This document shows, piece by piece, positions 22,624-35,364 of a stretch of 64,000 bases of DNA. How positions within the stretch are numbered: the first letter of the stretch is position 1; each line of letters opens with the position of its first letter. The stretch is from Azolla caroliniana (Eukaryota; Plantae; Polypodiophyta). A model generated the notes under the pieces. It saw nothing but the letters and a program-made list of their open reading frames with translations, did not search any database and was not told the DNA's origin. The stretch covers positions 21,948,001-22,012,000 of the forward strand of contig JBHGNT010000007.1 of assembly GCA_043228905.1 (NCBI GenBank), in the 5' to 3' direction. A program made the translations under genes and the position numbers.

Positions 22624-25620
22624 CTATTCCCAAGCCACCCCCTCACTTTCATGAATAGTGACATGACTTTGAAGCCCCACATCTGTATAGATGTTTGACA
22701 TCAAAATATATGCGCTAGCTTCTTGCTTGAATGCTAAATTAATTACTCGATTGAAGAACTCCTCGGCAAGCTCAACATTCCCACCATGAGCCCGACATGC
22801 TGTTAACACTGACATACAAATTGTGACATCGATTGGCATTGGTATCTTCATCAACATACTTTCTAACCTCCGGAAATCTCCGGCACGTCCAATTCCATCT
22901 ACCAATAGACCATAGTGTCTCAACCCTGGCATCATCTTATACTCTCCTATCATTACTTTGAAATATTCTATACATTGGGAAACAAGGCCATCGTGGCTAC
23001 AAGCTAATAGAATGCAATTGAATGAGACTTGGTCAGGATCTATACCTGACATTTTCAACCTCTCATACATGCACAAGCTACATATTGCATTTCCCTCCCC
23101 AGCGTATCCTTGAATACAAGTCGTCCATAACACAATGTCAGGCTCTTCAAAACCTTCAAAGATTGCTTGTGAATCAAGGGTGCTTGCGCATTTCCCATAT
23201 GTTTGTATCAAACTAGATGCAACCCAAGAAATCCAATCACATGCTGATGCTACAATGTCAAAGTGAAGACATTGGCATAAGGTAAAGCTTCCTATTTCTC
23301 TACACGACTGAAGAACACCCCCAAATGAGTATTCATTGATCGTGCCATCTTTCTTTCGTATTTCACTATAGAGTTGCAAAATCTTTTCATCTTGATGAAC
23401 TTCGATGCAGGCAAAGAGTAAAGCATTCCATGCACTGGGAGTAAGTTCAGGTAATGCCAAAAGCACATCTTTGGCTTTATGGACATTTCCACACTTACAA
23501 TACATGGTCATAAGCATGTTAGCAACAGTAGGCTTGGAAGCATATCCTTGCTTAATCGCATCCATGTGTAATGCATTTCCAATTTCTAATATTATCTCTT
23601 TGTCAGATAATTGAAGAATACTACAGGCGCGAATGGCAAGTGCCACAGTCATTTGATCTTGGATAACTCCCTCTTCAGTTTGCATATCCCTATAGAGTCT
23701 CAATGTCTTCTCCCCTTCACCTTGTTTCAGATATGCTGAGAGAATCGCATTCCAAGATATTGTGTCATGACATGGCATTGCAAAGAAGATACTGTTTGCT
23801 TCTTCAATGGAGCCACATTCAGCATAAGCGGTCAATAATGTGGTGCTGACTATAGGATCAGACAAAAAATCATTTCTTTGAGCAACATCGGCATGTAATG
23901 CTCGACAAATTTCAAGGAAAACTAATGTAGTTAATCTACTCTCTCTGAAGAGAGTTTCTTCCCTCTTTCCAAAGCTACCACATCCCCGGAGGGCACACAC
24001 AAAACTATGTTGGTTTGGTCTCCACCCTTGGACTTGCATCTGCCTAAAAAGTTGCAAAGCCTTCATTCTCTGGTCACTATCCACATAGGCTGATAACAAA
24101 GCAGTCCACAACACTACATCTTGACAAGACAAGGAAGTGAACACATGCTCTGCATCCAATATTGCTCCACATTTTCCAAACAAAATTATAAGGCTTGCAG
24201 CGACCAGCAATACTTGGCCTTTTCTCCAAGCATCAGCATAAACCGACCATCCAATTTCCAAAGACATTGCTTTAGACAACTTTTCTTGTCCAAAAACCGA
24301 CGCAGCTTCTTCGGACTCTGCGAGAATGCTACATGCCTGACAAACACTAACAAAGGCCATGTGGTTGAGATCTACAATTTCCTCTTGCATCTGTCGATAT
24401 AGGCGCAAGGCTCTCTCTGCGAGGCCATGCTCGACATACGCTGATAGCATGGCATTCCAAGTAACAATATCCCTCTGAGAACATTCCACAAAAACCTCCT
24501 CAGCTTTCCTTATATCCCCACAATTGTTGTACATACCCAAGAGTGATGTAGCGACAAAATGACTACCAGACAACAGTTTCTTTGACAGAGCATCCACATG
24601 CAATGCTTGCCCAATTTCTAATGCCATAGCTTTGATTTCTTGTCCATTGGTACGAAAAGCTTTCCCCTTCTCTATAGCCATCATGCCACATGCCTTTAGG
24701 GAATGTACCAACGTGTAAGCATTAGGAACAATGCCTTGTTCATGCATTTGCCTATACAACCATAAGACAAGGTCTGCTCGGTCACCACATTGTTTCAAAT
24801 ATGCAGACAACAGAGTATTCCATGATACAACATCGGGTCTACTCAATGCACTAAACACATGCTCTGCATCCTCAATGGCACCACACTTGCTATACATATC
24901 TACTAGGGTAGTGGCCATTGATACATCATCCAAGAGACAAAGGTCGTTTGAACAGGCATCTGCATGCAATGCTCGGCCAATCTGTAACCACATTATTCCA
25001 TTGTTTATGACATCATTATCATCACTGCCACCATCACCATTACTGTCACCAAGAATGCCACATGCCCGGAAAAGGGTCATGAAAGTCACTCGGTTTACAC
25101 CGGCACCACATTCAACCTTCATCTGCCGATATAAAAGCAACGCTTTCTCAATTGGACCATACTCGACATAAACCAAAAGCATCGCATTCCACAAAAACAC
25201 ATTCAATTGCGAGGCTGAATCCAAAAATATTCTCTCGGATTCTGAGAGGAAGCCCAATTTCCCATACATGCTCACAAGCCCACATGCCACGTATGGATCA
25301 TCTGAGAGACCTGATCTATAAGCAAATCCATGGAGTTTCATACCTTGTACATTACCATTAGACAGGTTTCCACAAGCTTTGAGAAGGCTAACCAAAGTGT
25401 ATTGATTAGGTTGTACACCATCATCTTGCATAAGGTCATATATTTTGAGGGCTTCTGAGCTTGAAGAAGCAGAGATGAGAGTAGTCCATGAGAAAACAGA
25501 CCTGTGTGGGCATTCCATGAAGACATGGATTGCTTGATGAACGAGACCACATCTGGCAAGAGAAGAAATGACATGTTCAGAGACATGAGGTCCTGTGAGG
25601 AGTGTACCAAGGCTGACCAT
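22624..25620 (-). CDS. PLS-class PPR protein with E domain and no DYW, 998 aa, intronless
   Basis: Many P-L-S triplets, e.g. TTLVDMYSKCGAIEDAEHVF...DVVSWNTLLSAY. E region GIGRAGDF...ACRAHGGNVELA...AYILMSNIY. The true start codon is uncertain. Confidence 0.92.
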   Translation of the reverse strand: MVSLGTLLTGPHVSEHVISSLARCGLVHQAIHVFMECPHRSVFSWTTLISASSSSEALKIYDLMQDDGVQPNQYTLVSLLKACGNLSNGNVQGMKLHGFAYRSGLSDDPYVACGLVSMYGKLGFLSESERIFLDSASQLNVFLWNAMLLVYVEYGPIEKALLLYRQMKVECGAGVNRVTFMTLFRACGILGDSNGDGGSDDNDVINNGIMWLQIGRALHADACSNDLCLLDDVSMATTLVDMYSKCGAIEDAEHVFSALSRPDVVSWNTLLSAYLKQCGDRADLVLWLYRQMHEQGIVPNAYTLVHSLKACGMMAIEKGKAFRTNGQEIKAMALEIGQALHVDALSKKLLSGSHFVATSLLGMYNNCGDIRKAEEVFVECSQRDIVTWNAMLSAYVEHGLAERALRLYRQMQEEIVDLNHMAFVSVCQACSILAESEEAASVFGQEKLSKAMSLEIGWSVYADAWRKGQVLLVAASLIILFGKCGAILDAEHVFTSLSCQDVVLWTALLSAYVDSDQRMKALQLFRQMQVQGWRPNQHSFVCALRGCGSFGKREETLFRESRLTTLVFLEICRALHADVAQRNDFLSDPIVSTTLLTAYAECGSIEEANSIFFAMPCHDTISWNAILSAYLKQGEGEKTLRLYRDMQTEEGVIQDQMTVALAIRACSILQLSDKEIILEIGNALHMDAIKQGYASKPTVANMLMTMYCKCGNVHKAKDVLLALPELTPSAWNALLFACIEVHQDEKILQLYSEIRKKDGTINEYSFGGVLQSCREIGSFTLCQCLHFDIVASACDWISWVASSLIQTYGKCASTLDSQAIFEGFEEPDIVLWTTCIQGYAGEGNAICSLCMYERLKMSGIDPDQVSFNCILLACSHDGLVSQCIEYFKVMIGEYKMMPGLRHYGLLVDGIGRAGDFRRLESMLMKIPMPIDVTICMSVLTACRAHGGNVELAEEFFNRVINLAFKQEASAYILMSNIYTDVGLQSHVTIHESEGVAWE

Positions 25621-25747
25621 GGATACTCCTCCTCCTCCTCTTCTTCTTCTTCTTCTTCTGATTCCTCCATCTCCTCTGAAGGAAAAACCACCTCTTTTTT
25701 TTTTCTCAGATGATGACTCTTAAGAAGCTAATTGCATTCATGTAATG

Positions 25748-25878
25748 CAATATATATGTCTATGTATATAGATATAGATATAGATACATATATATATATA
25801 CATATACATATATATACATACATACATACATACATACATACATACATACACACATGTGTGTATGTATGTATGTATGTA

Positions 25879-25922
<44 letters not shown>

Positions 25923-25960
25923 TATGTGTGCTTGTGTGTATATCGTATGCATGTATGTAT
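25748..25960. repeat. Compound microsatellite (TA)n/(TACA)n/(TATG)n/(TG)n
   Basis: Directly visible. Confidence 0.95.
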
Positions 25961-26499
25961 AGGTAGATGGATCGATTGATGGAAGTTGATTAGATTGCTC
26001 GTATGCTATCCATGTCATATGTATTTGCTTATTAGACCTCATGATCACATGCTACTCAAGAACATGTTGGTGAGCAAGATTGTACATGTTAAACCCTAAA
26101 CATTAACCGATGAGATGTCAAATCACCAAAACCTGGAAGATAAGATGTTTCACCATAACCCTAAAACCAAACATTGACCACTCAAACCTAGGAACATCAT
26201 GCTGCTAAACCTTGAAATGGAAAATTGATGTTAAATCAAGGACACGAAACGTGTGATTCATTGCGATGGTTCACCGCGTCAACTAATCAAGATAGGAAAC
26301 TTTCCACCCTAATTGTTTACGATGACCTCTCACCAAAAATGGGAGAGGTTGACTTTTTCCATAGCATGGGAGTAGCTCAAAACTCCATACAATCGTTTCT
26401 ATTCAGTTTTTTTGCCTCTACTCAATTGTTACAATTCATAGCTCAATAAGATGGTTGGGATTCAATTCCAAATAATGGTTACCATTACAACATCACATA

Positions 26500-26692
26500 A
26501 TGGTAATGTTGAGTTTCTTGACCCTCAACATTGTGGTTACAATCGAGTGTGTTGAGCCTCTAGACAATGGTTACAAAATGAGTTTTTGGGCTTTGACATG
26601 ATGGTTATATTTGAGTGTTTTGGGCTCTACATGATGAATATGATTTAGTGTTTTGGGCCTCACATGATGGTTCCAGTTGATTGTTTGGGTCT
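26500..26692. repeat. Degenerate ~33-bp minisatellite, ~6 copies
   Basis: Recurrent TGGTTA...TGAGTGTTTTGGGC...ACATGA. Confidence 0.6.
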
Positions 26693-26757
26693 AACTTCCT
26701 ACAATGGGGCCCAATCACTTACCCACACAATGTTGGTTGTTTATAGTTCCCTTTTTT

Positions 26758-27376
26758 ACCCTTTTGTTGATGTTTGTGTATACTTACACACGTTTCAACA
26801 CCACAAAAGTAAGTTGTTGGTTGTGCTTAGCTTAAAGAGATTTTATGAAAAACTCTTAAAAGGTACACTTGAAACTTTTAAATTTACATATATAGATAGA
26901 TAAATAGATATTGTTGTAGGACTACCACATCTTGAGAAGAGAATATATTTATGACACTTGACTAACAATTGGCACTTAGTGATAGTTATGGTTATACTTG
27001 ACAATAAATCATTTGGTTATGAAAACAATTTAACATTAGATATAAGATTAATCAATAGGAGAAAAAAACAAAAAATTAGCAAAAAAAGTGATCACTTAAT
27101 GCTCAATAATTTGATCTATTAATTAAATCACTACAAAAAAGAAGAAGAAAAATAAAAAATTAGCCATAAGTATCAAGGTAGGGACTGTTTCTTCGTCACC
27201 ACAATAGCTTATAAATGGTTATGGGAGAGAAGACAAAAAGCTCACTTGTAGCTTCACTCAGCAATTCTAATCCTCAATAAGAATGCCAACAATCTAGTAA
27301 CTTTCGGTGTTTTTGCAAAAAAATACATCTTACAATGGTGTTCCTCTTGAGAACCACCTCAAAACCGACATGTAGA
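26758..27376. repeat. ~620-bp dispersed repeat, copy A
   Basis: Colinear with 33571-34186. Both start ACCCTTTTGTTGATGTTTGTG and share TTAAAGAGATTTTATGAAAAACTCTTAAAAGGTAC. Confidence 0.85.
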
Positions 27377-27850
27377 ACCTAGGTACATGGCAAGAACAAG
27401 GCAAAATCACAAATAACCACAAATGGAAGAATTTGAGTTGATTGATTGTCAACATGATGAGGTTCATTGAATGCCAGACATACGTGTGTTGCAGGGTCTG
27501 TTGCAGGGTCTAAAATAAGAACATTCGTTGATAGCAAAACCTCAAATCAAATGTCAAATGTTACGGTTAAACAAGCATACAACAAACGAATTGTGATCAA
27601 ACTATGGATGGGTGTCACACAATCCATGGATGAGTGTCACAGGTTCCAAAGCTTACACAATGTATCTAACACAATCTGTGCATCATCATTTCGACATAAT
27701 TAGAGTTTAGGGTTTAGAGTATCTTAATTACCATTAAGATACCAAGGCACATTTAAGCATGTGTGCCCATATTCCCCTCATTATTAACAACTTAACAATA
27801 GTTTTAGCAATAGCTAATCTTTAAGTATTTTCCGAGGGCTTTCTACCTAT

Positions 27851-27852
<2 letters not shown>

Positions 27853-27892
<40 letters not shown>
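27853..27892. repeat. (CT)n microsatellite
   Basis: About 20 CT units. Confidence 0.95.
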
Positions 27893-27895
<3 letters not shown>

Positions 27896-28637
27896 TCGAT
27901 TATAAAATTTATATATATGATATTGCATCCATAAATTCACTTTATGAAGATTATTTTTATGTAGCTTTCATGGAAGTGGATACTTCTACCTAAGTATTTT
28001 ACCTAAGTATTAGCACTGAAATCAATGCACCACATATATGCTCAGCAACCATGCGGATTTTATTTTCCAAATAAGGACTTACAAAACAAATGAAATTAAA
28101 AAGCTCTAACTTTGACGCGTACATCTTTTCACCAGGAGTCGAGATGGAAAACCAGCTCAATTAAATCTCTAAAACAATATCAATATATTAAAGTGTGGAG
28201 ACCATCATCACCTCTCAGGCTTAGGATATCGCGGAGCTGAGAATAAATTACAGTCCATAATATATGGCCACATCAAAGGATATTCCTGCATATATTCAGA
28301 CGAATTATCCGAATATATAAGAGTTAACCATGAAGCAAAGAAAATCCACTTGATGTTTATTTGAGTTGAGTGTGTGAAAACCTTTTATCTATTCTTAATT
28401 GGCTTCATTTGAGAGGTAAAAGATATAATGTTGCATACCCTGCAAAATTTGACAAAACTAAACACTCGATTTTGATATAATACTGTGAAACTAAGAAAAT
28501 TTGATCCAAAAAAGACATTTACACCAGCTAAAAGGCAATGCCTACTAATACACATTAGAAAGGATGGATAATTGATATTACTTTCAAAATACACCGCAAA
28601 TGGAAAAAGAAGATTTACCATTTAAAATTATCGGTAT

Positions 28638-31383
28638 TCAAAAGTTCTTCAAAATTCGGTCCTCAGTTACACCTTTGCTTGCCAAAAGGGCTGTCACATC
28701 CTGAAAGACAAAACATAACCTTAGGTTATGACATGTTATGGCAACGTACTTGAGTATTGATAACAGTAAAACCGATCCTTTTTTCCCTCTTACCTGTGCC
28801 ATTTCTTTCTGCCCACATAAGATTGCACCTGTCTGAAGGGGATCAAATGGCAATACTGACTTTGCAAAGGCAGCCTGGATGGGCAAAATTTCAAAAGATG
28901 CATGAAATCAAGTCAAAAATATTATTAGGAAAAACGTCGAGTGTAAGGTGAGTGTTTTTATTTTAAAGGCATATTGGGCAATGGCTTGATATGGGTCACC
29001 AAGTTCTCAGAGAACCTCAGTTTCAATGGATAAAGAAATAGTTGATAAATACACACATTTAAAGACATCATTAAATAGAACAGCAGAACACCAAACATAC
29101 CCATAAGTTTTTTTAGCTCCACCAGAATACTACCCCCCTTAAGTTTTCCAAAGCTACTAGGATACGCACCCTTCTGCAGTAGTAAATCTTGTACAATAGA
29201 GGGGTATCCCAGTTATTGTTTTAAATTTAGGGCATCAGGAAAATATCCAAAAAATGGTACAGGTGTTTTGGCCTTAAAAATAAAGAAAGAACATCACTGA
29301 TATTCGTAAAGGTAGAACTCAGATAAATAAAGATAACAAGCCCAATTCAACTACATTCGTATATATGCCCCAGAAAATTATCCTCCACATGCATAGAACA
29401 GCATGATTATAAACTTAGAATTGACTACACACATACCTGGACATAGCCATGTTCTCCAAGCCAATCTTCATCAGGTTGTGATAGAACAGGCACGACCTTT
29501 ACTCCTGAAGTTTCCCATTCCTTGAACCTCTCCTGTTACAACAAATACATGTAATGTTCTCCACTTGATTACTCTGGCATTTCATCAAGCCAAGCAAAAA
29601 AATGATTCAGCAGATTGTCGCAAAATACCTGATATGCCATTCTTTTCAGATTTCTGGTGCCATAGTATAATCTTACATCGGATCTCTTACTCGCATCAAA
29701 TCCAGCTTCTATAAGCGACCGGATTGGACTGTTTTAACCAAGACAATGCTTCCAAAACATTATAAAAAGGAAAAGCTGGTGTATCTGCAGTTATGATTCA
29801 CATTCAGCTCTTGTAAGCTTGTCATATTATAACTAGAATAAACTCAGTCCATAACTTCATTCGGTGCAAATGGTAACTGTTATCATAACAAAAGACCAGT
29901 GCCTGAGTTTTTGGAAATCTTGGAACTGCATTTAAATACTGATATATGTACATTTGCGGCCAATGTTTCTCTACCCTGAACTAAAATTAACATTTCTAAG
30001 GTGACAAAACATATGAAACATAAATCTTTGCACATTACTTGGCATACCAAGATATTGGAACCAATCTTTTTGACATGTCTTATCTTTTACTGTCATTCTG
30101 CTCAAGGCCAAATGCTACTTTTCTATTCCAAACCCACAAAGGGGTGAGCTCAAGTAATGAAAATGATGGAATCTTAATACCATAAAAAGGCTGAATTCAA
30201 AAAATGAAAATAATCAGATGTTAACAAAACAAATGTGAACTCCAACAATGAAATGCGATAAAATTTTAAGAGTACAAAGGGATGAGTTCAAACAATGAAA
30301 ATGATCAGAATTTCGCACCATAAAAAGGTGAACTCAAACTCTGAACGTGGTGTAGTTATATAAACAAAAAGAATGAATTCAACAATGACAATGGATCAAA
30401 ATGCTAACAACACAAGAGGGTGAATTGCAGTAATAAAAACGATCATATTTTAACATCATAGGCATCTACGAGGATGAATTGAAACAAGAAAAATGATCCA
30501 GTCTTAACAACAAACGGACTGAATTCAACAATGCAATTGATCAAAATGCTAACAGAGCAAAAGGGTGAATTGCAATAATAAAGATGATCAGATTTTAACA
30601 TCAGAAACTTCTACTAGGATGAATTGAAACAATAAAATCGATCCAGTCTTCACAACAAAAGGACTGAATTCAACAATGGAGAAGATCATCTATTAACAGC
30701 ACAAGTATATATCAATATGGAAAGATAGATAGATATATAGATAGCAACACACCCAATTTGTACAAGTATATGGATAGACAGAATACATCAAGAGTTGGAA
30801 CTGTTTCTAACCTTATACCCGATCCTGTCGCGAATAAGAAAACAGTGGAGTATTGTTGAGGCGGTGAGATCTTATCTAGATCAAATCCATTTCCCATGAC
30901 TTGGCTAATCTCGACCTTATCTCCTTTCCCGAGTGCACAGAGCAATCCGGCGGTTGATCCATCCACATACTTGATCAGAAACTCTAATCCTCCTGATTCT
31001 GCCAACTGAGGTGGTGAAGCTATGGCTAAGAAAGAAGGTTTGCTCTCGCCCACTTTCAACTGAACGAATTGCCCTGGTTTCCTGTGACCTTTCCTTAGCT
31101 CTGGATTCGCAGATATGTCGATGACCAGGTGGAAGAGGTTCTCTGCTTCTTCCTCGATCCCTGCGATTGGAGCTTCAGCGAAGAGCACCTCTTGCTTCCA
31201 CACAGCCATAGCAATGGCGGAAGAGCTTGAGCGCCTGCATCTGTCTCTGTCTCTGTCTCTGTCCCGAGGTTTCATGGTGGAGTGCTGCCTCAAGAGAAAG
31301 AGGTGGGCGAAACGCGAGAGAGATGAGACGCTTGTACGCAGGTGGAGAGAAGAGGGATTGGCCATCGCGACGGCCATGGCCAT
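28638..31383 (-). CDS. FAD/NAD(P)-binding FNR-like oxidoreductase (fruit protein pKIWI502-like) with probable plastid transit peptide, 5 exons, 303 aa
   Basis: Exons 31383-30812, 29728-29629, 29532-29437, 28874-28794 and 28700-28638 with GT-AG introns, 912 nt in frame. Motifs PGQFVQL, FLAIASPP, FATGSGISPIRSLIE, LYYGTRN and LCGQKEM, ending ILKNF. The N-terminus is Ser/Arg-rich. Confidence 0.9.
30141..30700. repeat. Degenerate ~45-bp intronic minisatellite
   Basis: Recurrent TGAA(T/C)TCAA...AATGAAAATGATCA...TTAAC units in intron 1 of the oxidoreductase. Confidence 0.6.
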
Positions 31384-31525
31384 GGCTCTGCAGAATCCTC
31401 GGAGCAGGAGGAGGAGGAGACAGATGTGAGGAAGTGGATGAGATGAGTTCGGAGGAGTAGAAGGAAGAAGGAGGAGATGGCGGGTCCATCACTTCTGGCC
31501 ATGGGCAGCTAGTAGAGGCCTACTG

Positions 31526-31687
31526 TAGGGTTAGGGTTAGGGTTAGGGTTAGGGTTATTAGGATTAGGGCTAGGACTAGGGTTAAGATTAGGATTAGGGC
31601 TAGAGTTAGGTTTAGGATTAGGTTTAGAATTAGGACGAGGATTAGGATTAGGTTTGGGGTCAGGGTCGGGGTTGGGCTTAGGTTTGG
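31526..31687 (+). repeat. Interstitial (TTAGGG)n-like hexamer tract
   Basis: Perfect TTAGGG x4 grading into TTAGGA/CTAGGG/TTAGGT variants, ~26 hexamers. Confidence 0.9.
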
Positions 31688-32718
31688 CAATCAGAGACCA
31701 TCGGCCATCGCCCACCTCGAAGAGTTGTCAAATGACCGCCCATCATTTTCTTGTCGGCTCCATTTGATCCATTAGGAGACGCCTGTCTAGACCATCGGGG
31801 CGAAACCTATTGATGTATGATCGCCATACACGAGCTCTCTATCTTAACCTTTGAGACCCACACCCCTTCAGCTCCCTCGATCTCAATACGATCGTGTCGG
31901 AAGAAACCCTTCTACGTAATCGATCGTGACGGAAACGACTCGGAGTCCGACCAACCCCCTTGCTTCTCTCCCAATCCCAATACAATCGCATCGGGAGTAC
32001 ATTTTGGAATCAAGTTTGGACACTGTCACATTCGGGCAATGTCATGCAATCCAAATGCTTCGTCTCGCACACCTCGTTTGGCTACATCACACATAAGTGG
32101 CATTTCTTCCTCATTGAATAAATTTGAGTAATCTCAATCAAACAATTGACCATCACAAAAAAGAAGTGTACCATATTTGCCTTTGATTACTCTCCATCCT
32201 TTTTTCTCCTCTAGTGTTTCATGACATCCCCTTTCACTGCCATTGTTTAAGCTAGATATATCGTTCTGGAGTCCATGAAGATGTTTGTGCGTGTTTGATG
32301 TCCACAAGCACTAGCTACTTCCATATTCATCATTTCTAACCCCATGTGTTCTACTAGCGTCTTGTCATAGAATTTACCCTTAGTTGTTCCAATCAAAGGT
32401 TTGTCCCACTATTTAAGGCCTCGGATTTGAATTTGTGTCCTCTTTTATATACAAGAGGTATTCTATGTTTAACTCTCGCCAATTCTTACTATGGGAGGAG
32501 GCAAATGTACTATGGAACCTTTCTCATTCAACCCTTAGTTCCTACTTTTTGTGGTTAAGCACCAACGGAGGTGCACTTTTCGAGGGCTCTTACAAACCTT
32601 GAAAACTAAACCATTCCATGAACCTAGAAGCGATTCGTGAACATGTTTGCCTTGTTGTAGACTTGATTTTCAAACTCAATTGGGAAACAATACATGACAA
32701 TTCTATACGATGGAACTC

Positions 32719-33570
32719 CAAAATGAAGCTACTTTCCCATTAGTTAGGCAAGATTATTACAAAGAGATTGTACAAGGAGGCTTATACACAAACGGGGAAT
32801 CTCCCTCTGATCAAGTTCAAGAAAATGAGACTACTTACATAGCCTTTTGGACTGACTACTTAATGTAAGTAGATACCTATAGGTAAAACCAGTGCCCTTC
32901 AGTGTTGGCTAGTATGAGTCAACTCTTGGGGCCTACAACGAAGCGAGGGTGGTAGGTGAGTAGGAAACAACTAGCGTGGGGGTTGGTAGTTCTACCTCAA
33001 GCCACTTCCTCCTTGCGTCACCATAGGTGTGTTTCGCCATTTCCGCCAAAAGCGCAAACGGGTAGTGACAACATTGTTGGAATGGCTGCAAACCTCGTCC
33101 AATTGATCTCGTAGGTAGCTGATAAGCGCAAACCACATGTCCATAATCACTTCCTCCGGGGGCCGTACCATATCTTGGAAGACCTTTAGGCAACACACTT
33201 TCCATATAGATCATAGGGTGGAGCTTGCGATCAACATCCAAAATTCCGGAAACCTAGGGGACGCGGACGACAAGCCTCTCTCAAAACGGATCTTGATGAC
33301 TTTGCCTCTCATGCATGCATAGCACCAACTATCTGCATTGAAGGCGTCTGTCCACCTATCAACGAGTGATCAATCCATGTTGTAGCACTCCACAATGTTG
33401 TTCCTTCCACTTCACATGCCGCAAGGATGCGAGTCACTCTATCCCATACCTTTAGAGCTTGAGTGCAATCCCATAGACAATGTCTCAGAGTCTCAATAGG
33501 TGAAGAGCAAAGTGGGCAACATAACGGGCCGCTACGTTTACCTAGCCATTCGCCAACGGGAACCACATTA
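32719..33570 (-). mobile_element. 5'-truncated LINE 3' fragment (same family as 12515-17602)
   Basis: Translates to VPVGEWLGK...CPLC...ETLRHCLWDC and RPPEEVIMDMWFALIS. Shares the 3' UTR CTAACTAATGGGAAAGTAGCTTCATTTT. No poly(A). Confidence 0.9.
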
Positions 33571-34186
33571 ACCCTTTTGTTGATGTTTGTGAATATTTAC
33601 ACAATACTTCAACACCACAAAAATAAGTTGTTGTTTGTGCGTAGCTTAAAGAGATTTTATGAAAAACTCTTAAAAGGTACGCTTGAAACGCTTAAATTTA
33701 CATATATACTTTGTCGTAGGACTAGCCCATTTTGAGAAGAGAATATATTTATGACACTTAACTAATAATTAACTAATTGATAGTTCTTGTTATACTTAAC
33801 AATAAATTATTTGGTTATGAAAATGATTTATCATTAGATATGATATTAATCGAATCATAGTAGATAAAAAAACAAAAAACTAGCAAATAAAAAGTGATCA
33901 CTTAAAGCTTTGTAATTTGATTTATTAATTAAATCACTACAAAAAAGAAGAAGAAAAAATAAAAAATTAGCAATAAGGATCAAGGTTTGGAGTGGTTCTT
34001 CATCACCTCTGTAGCTTATACATGGTTGGATGTCGGAAAGCATACGAAAAGCTCACTAGTAGCTTCAAGCAGCAGTTCTAATCCTCAATAAGAACGCCAA
34101 AGATGTGGCATCTTTCGGTGTTTTTGCCAAAAATACATCTTACAAAGGTGTTCCTCTTGAGAACCACCTCGAAGTGGACGTGTAGA
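33571..34186. repeat. ~620-bp dispersed repeat, copy B, running into ~95-bp tandem units up to ~34420
   Basis: Homologous to 26758-27376 in the same orientation. Confidence 0.85.
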
Positions 34187-34840
34187 TACATACCGCCATC
34201 CCTTTTGTTGGCAATAAGGTGAGAATGATTGTTTGTTAGGTGTTCTTCTTGAGGAACACCTTGACAGTCTTTGTGCAAGGACATACCACTATCTAGCCTT
34301 TTTTTAGCAATATAGGTGAGAGTGAGTATCTATTAGGCGTTCTTCTTGAGAATCGCCTCATAATCGATGTGCAAAGACATACCATCGTCTACAAGTTTTT
34401 TGGCAACATGGGTGAGAGTGAGCTCTATCATGATTACCATATCACCTCTTTGGTGACCACGAGTAGTGAGAACAACGGTTAATCCTTTTGATGTCATTTG
34501 CTTCATAATCTCTAACCCTACCCCTTTATTAGTGCTAATAACAATAACAAGAGTGTCTTTATTTCAAACATTGCAAAACAAAATGGAAGCATCGTCAAAG
34601 GAACTCTGAAAATTTAGCGTAAAAAAACTCAGAAAAAGAGGGGCACAAATTTGCAAGCGTAGGTGTAGGAAACATTGAGAAATGACACACATGTCCAAGA
34701 TCATGGTTCAATCAAAGGTAATTACAACTAGATACAACTTGGGAGCTAAATACTAGCAATGGACTAGAATGTTCCATCTTAATTGTGAACCTTTTTAAAT
34801 AGGTTTTGCTTTGAATTGTATGGACACTTGGCACACATAT

Positions 34841-34948
34841 CAAGCCGCCGATTATCGGAGACAAGCAGTAGCACTTTCCCCTGGTAATTACATTGAAGCG
34901 CAGAATCGGTTGAAGATTACGGGACGTTCTTCTCCCCTGAGTGAGTGA
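34841..34948 (+). pseudogene. ycf3: Plastid ycf3 3' end (NUPT fragment, unedited)
   Basis: Translates [30 protein letters not shown], against conserved Ycf3 [30 protein letters not shown]. Both W positions are CGG codons (C-to-U sites). Confidence 0.88.
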
Positions 34949-35364
34949 GGGAAGCACAACCACTTACATGGAGAGATAGACTAAAAAGAATGGCAGAAAA
35001 AAAAGCTAACCCGAACCGATCCGGTTGCATGGACCCAACCCCCTGCGGGATTAAAAGAGTGATTTTTTTGCGTGAGTGGGCGGAGAGCATGGAGATTTCC
35101 AGCTCTCCAGCCACGTTCTCCACACACGCATGGCTATACCTATAAGATAAGGGAAGCAGGTAGCCGGTAAACCAAAATTGGAATTGGCATTTGAGTGGAA
35201 AATTCTTTGAAAAATCGGGTCCGGTAGGATTTTTCAAGGGAGTTCTTTTTCTTGCAAGGTGATATTACTAATAAGATAGAGAAAGGATTAAGTAGATAGA
35301 TAATTTATCTCAAAATAAGTATGAAAGATATCTTCAAAAAACTACTTTACGGTCGGTCGAATCC

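Noticed and set aside
25728-26048. HT/YI/CV-rich ORFs (also 4334-4719)
   Set aside because: Microsatellite translations.
31509-31715. Pro-Asn repeat protein ORF
   Set aside because: It is a translation of the TTAGGG-like tract.
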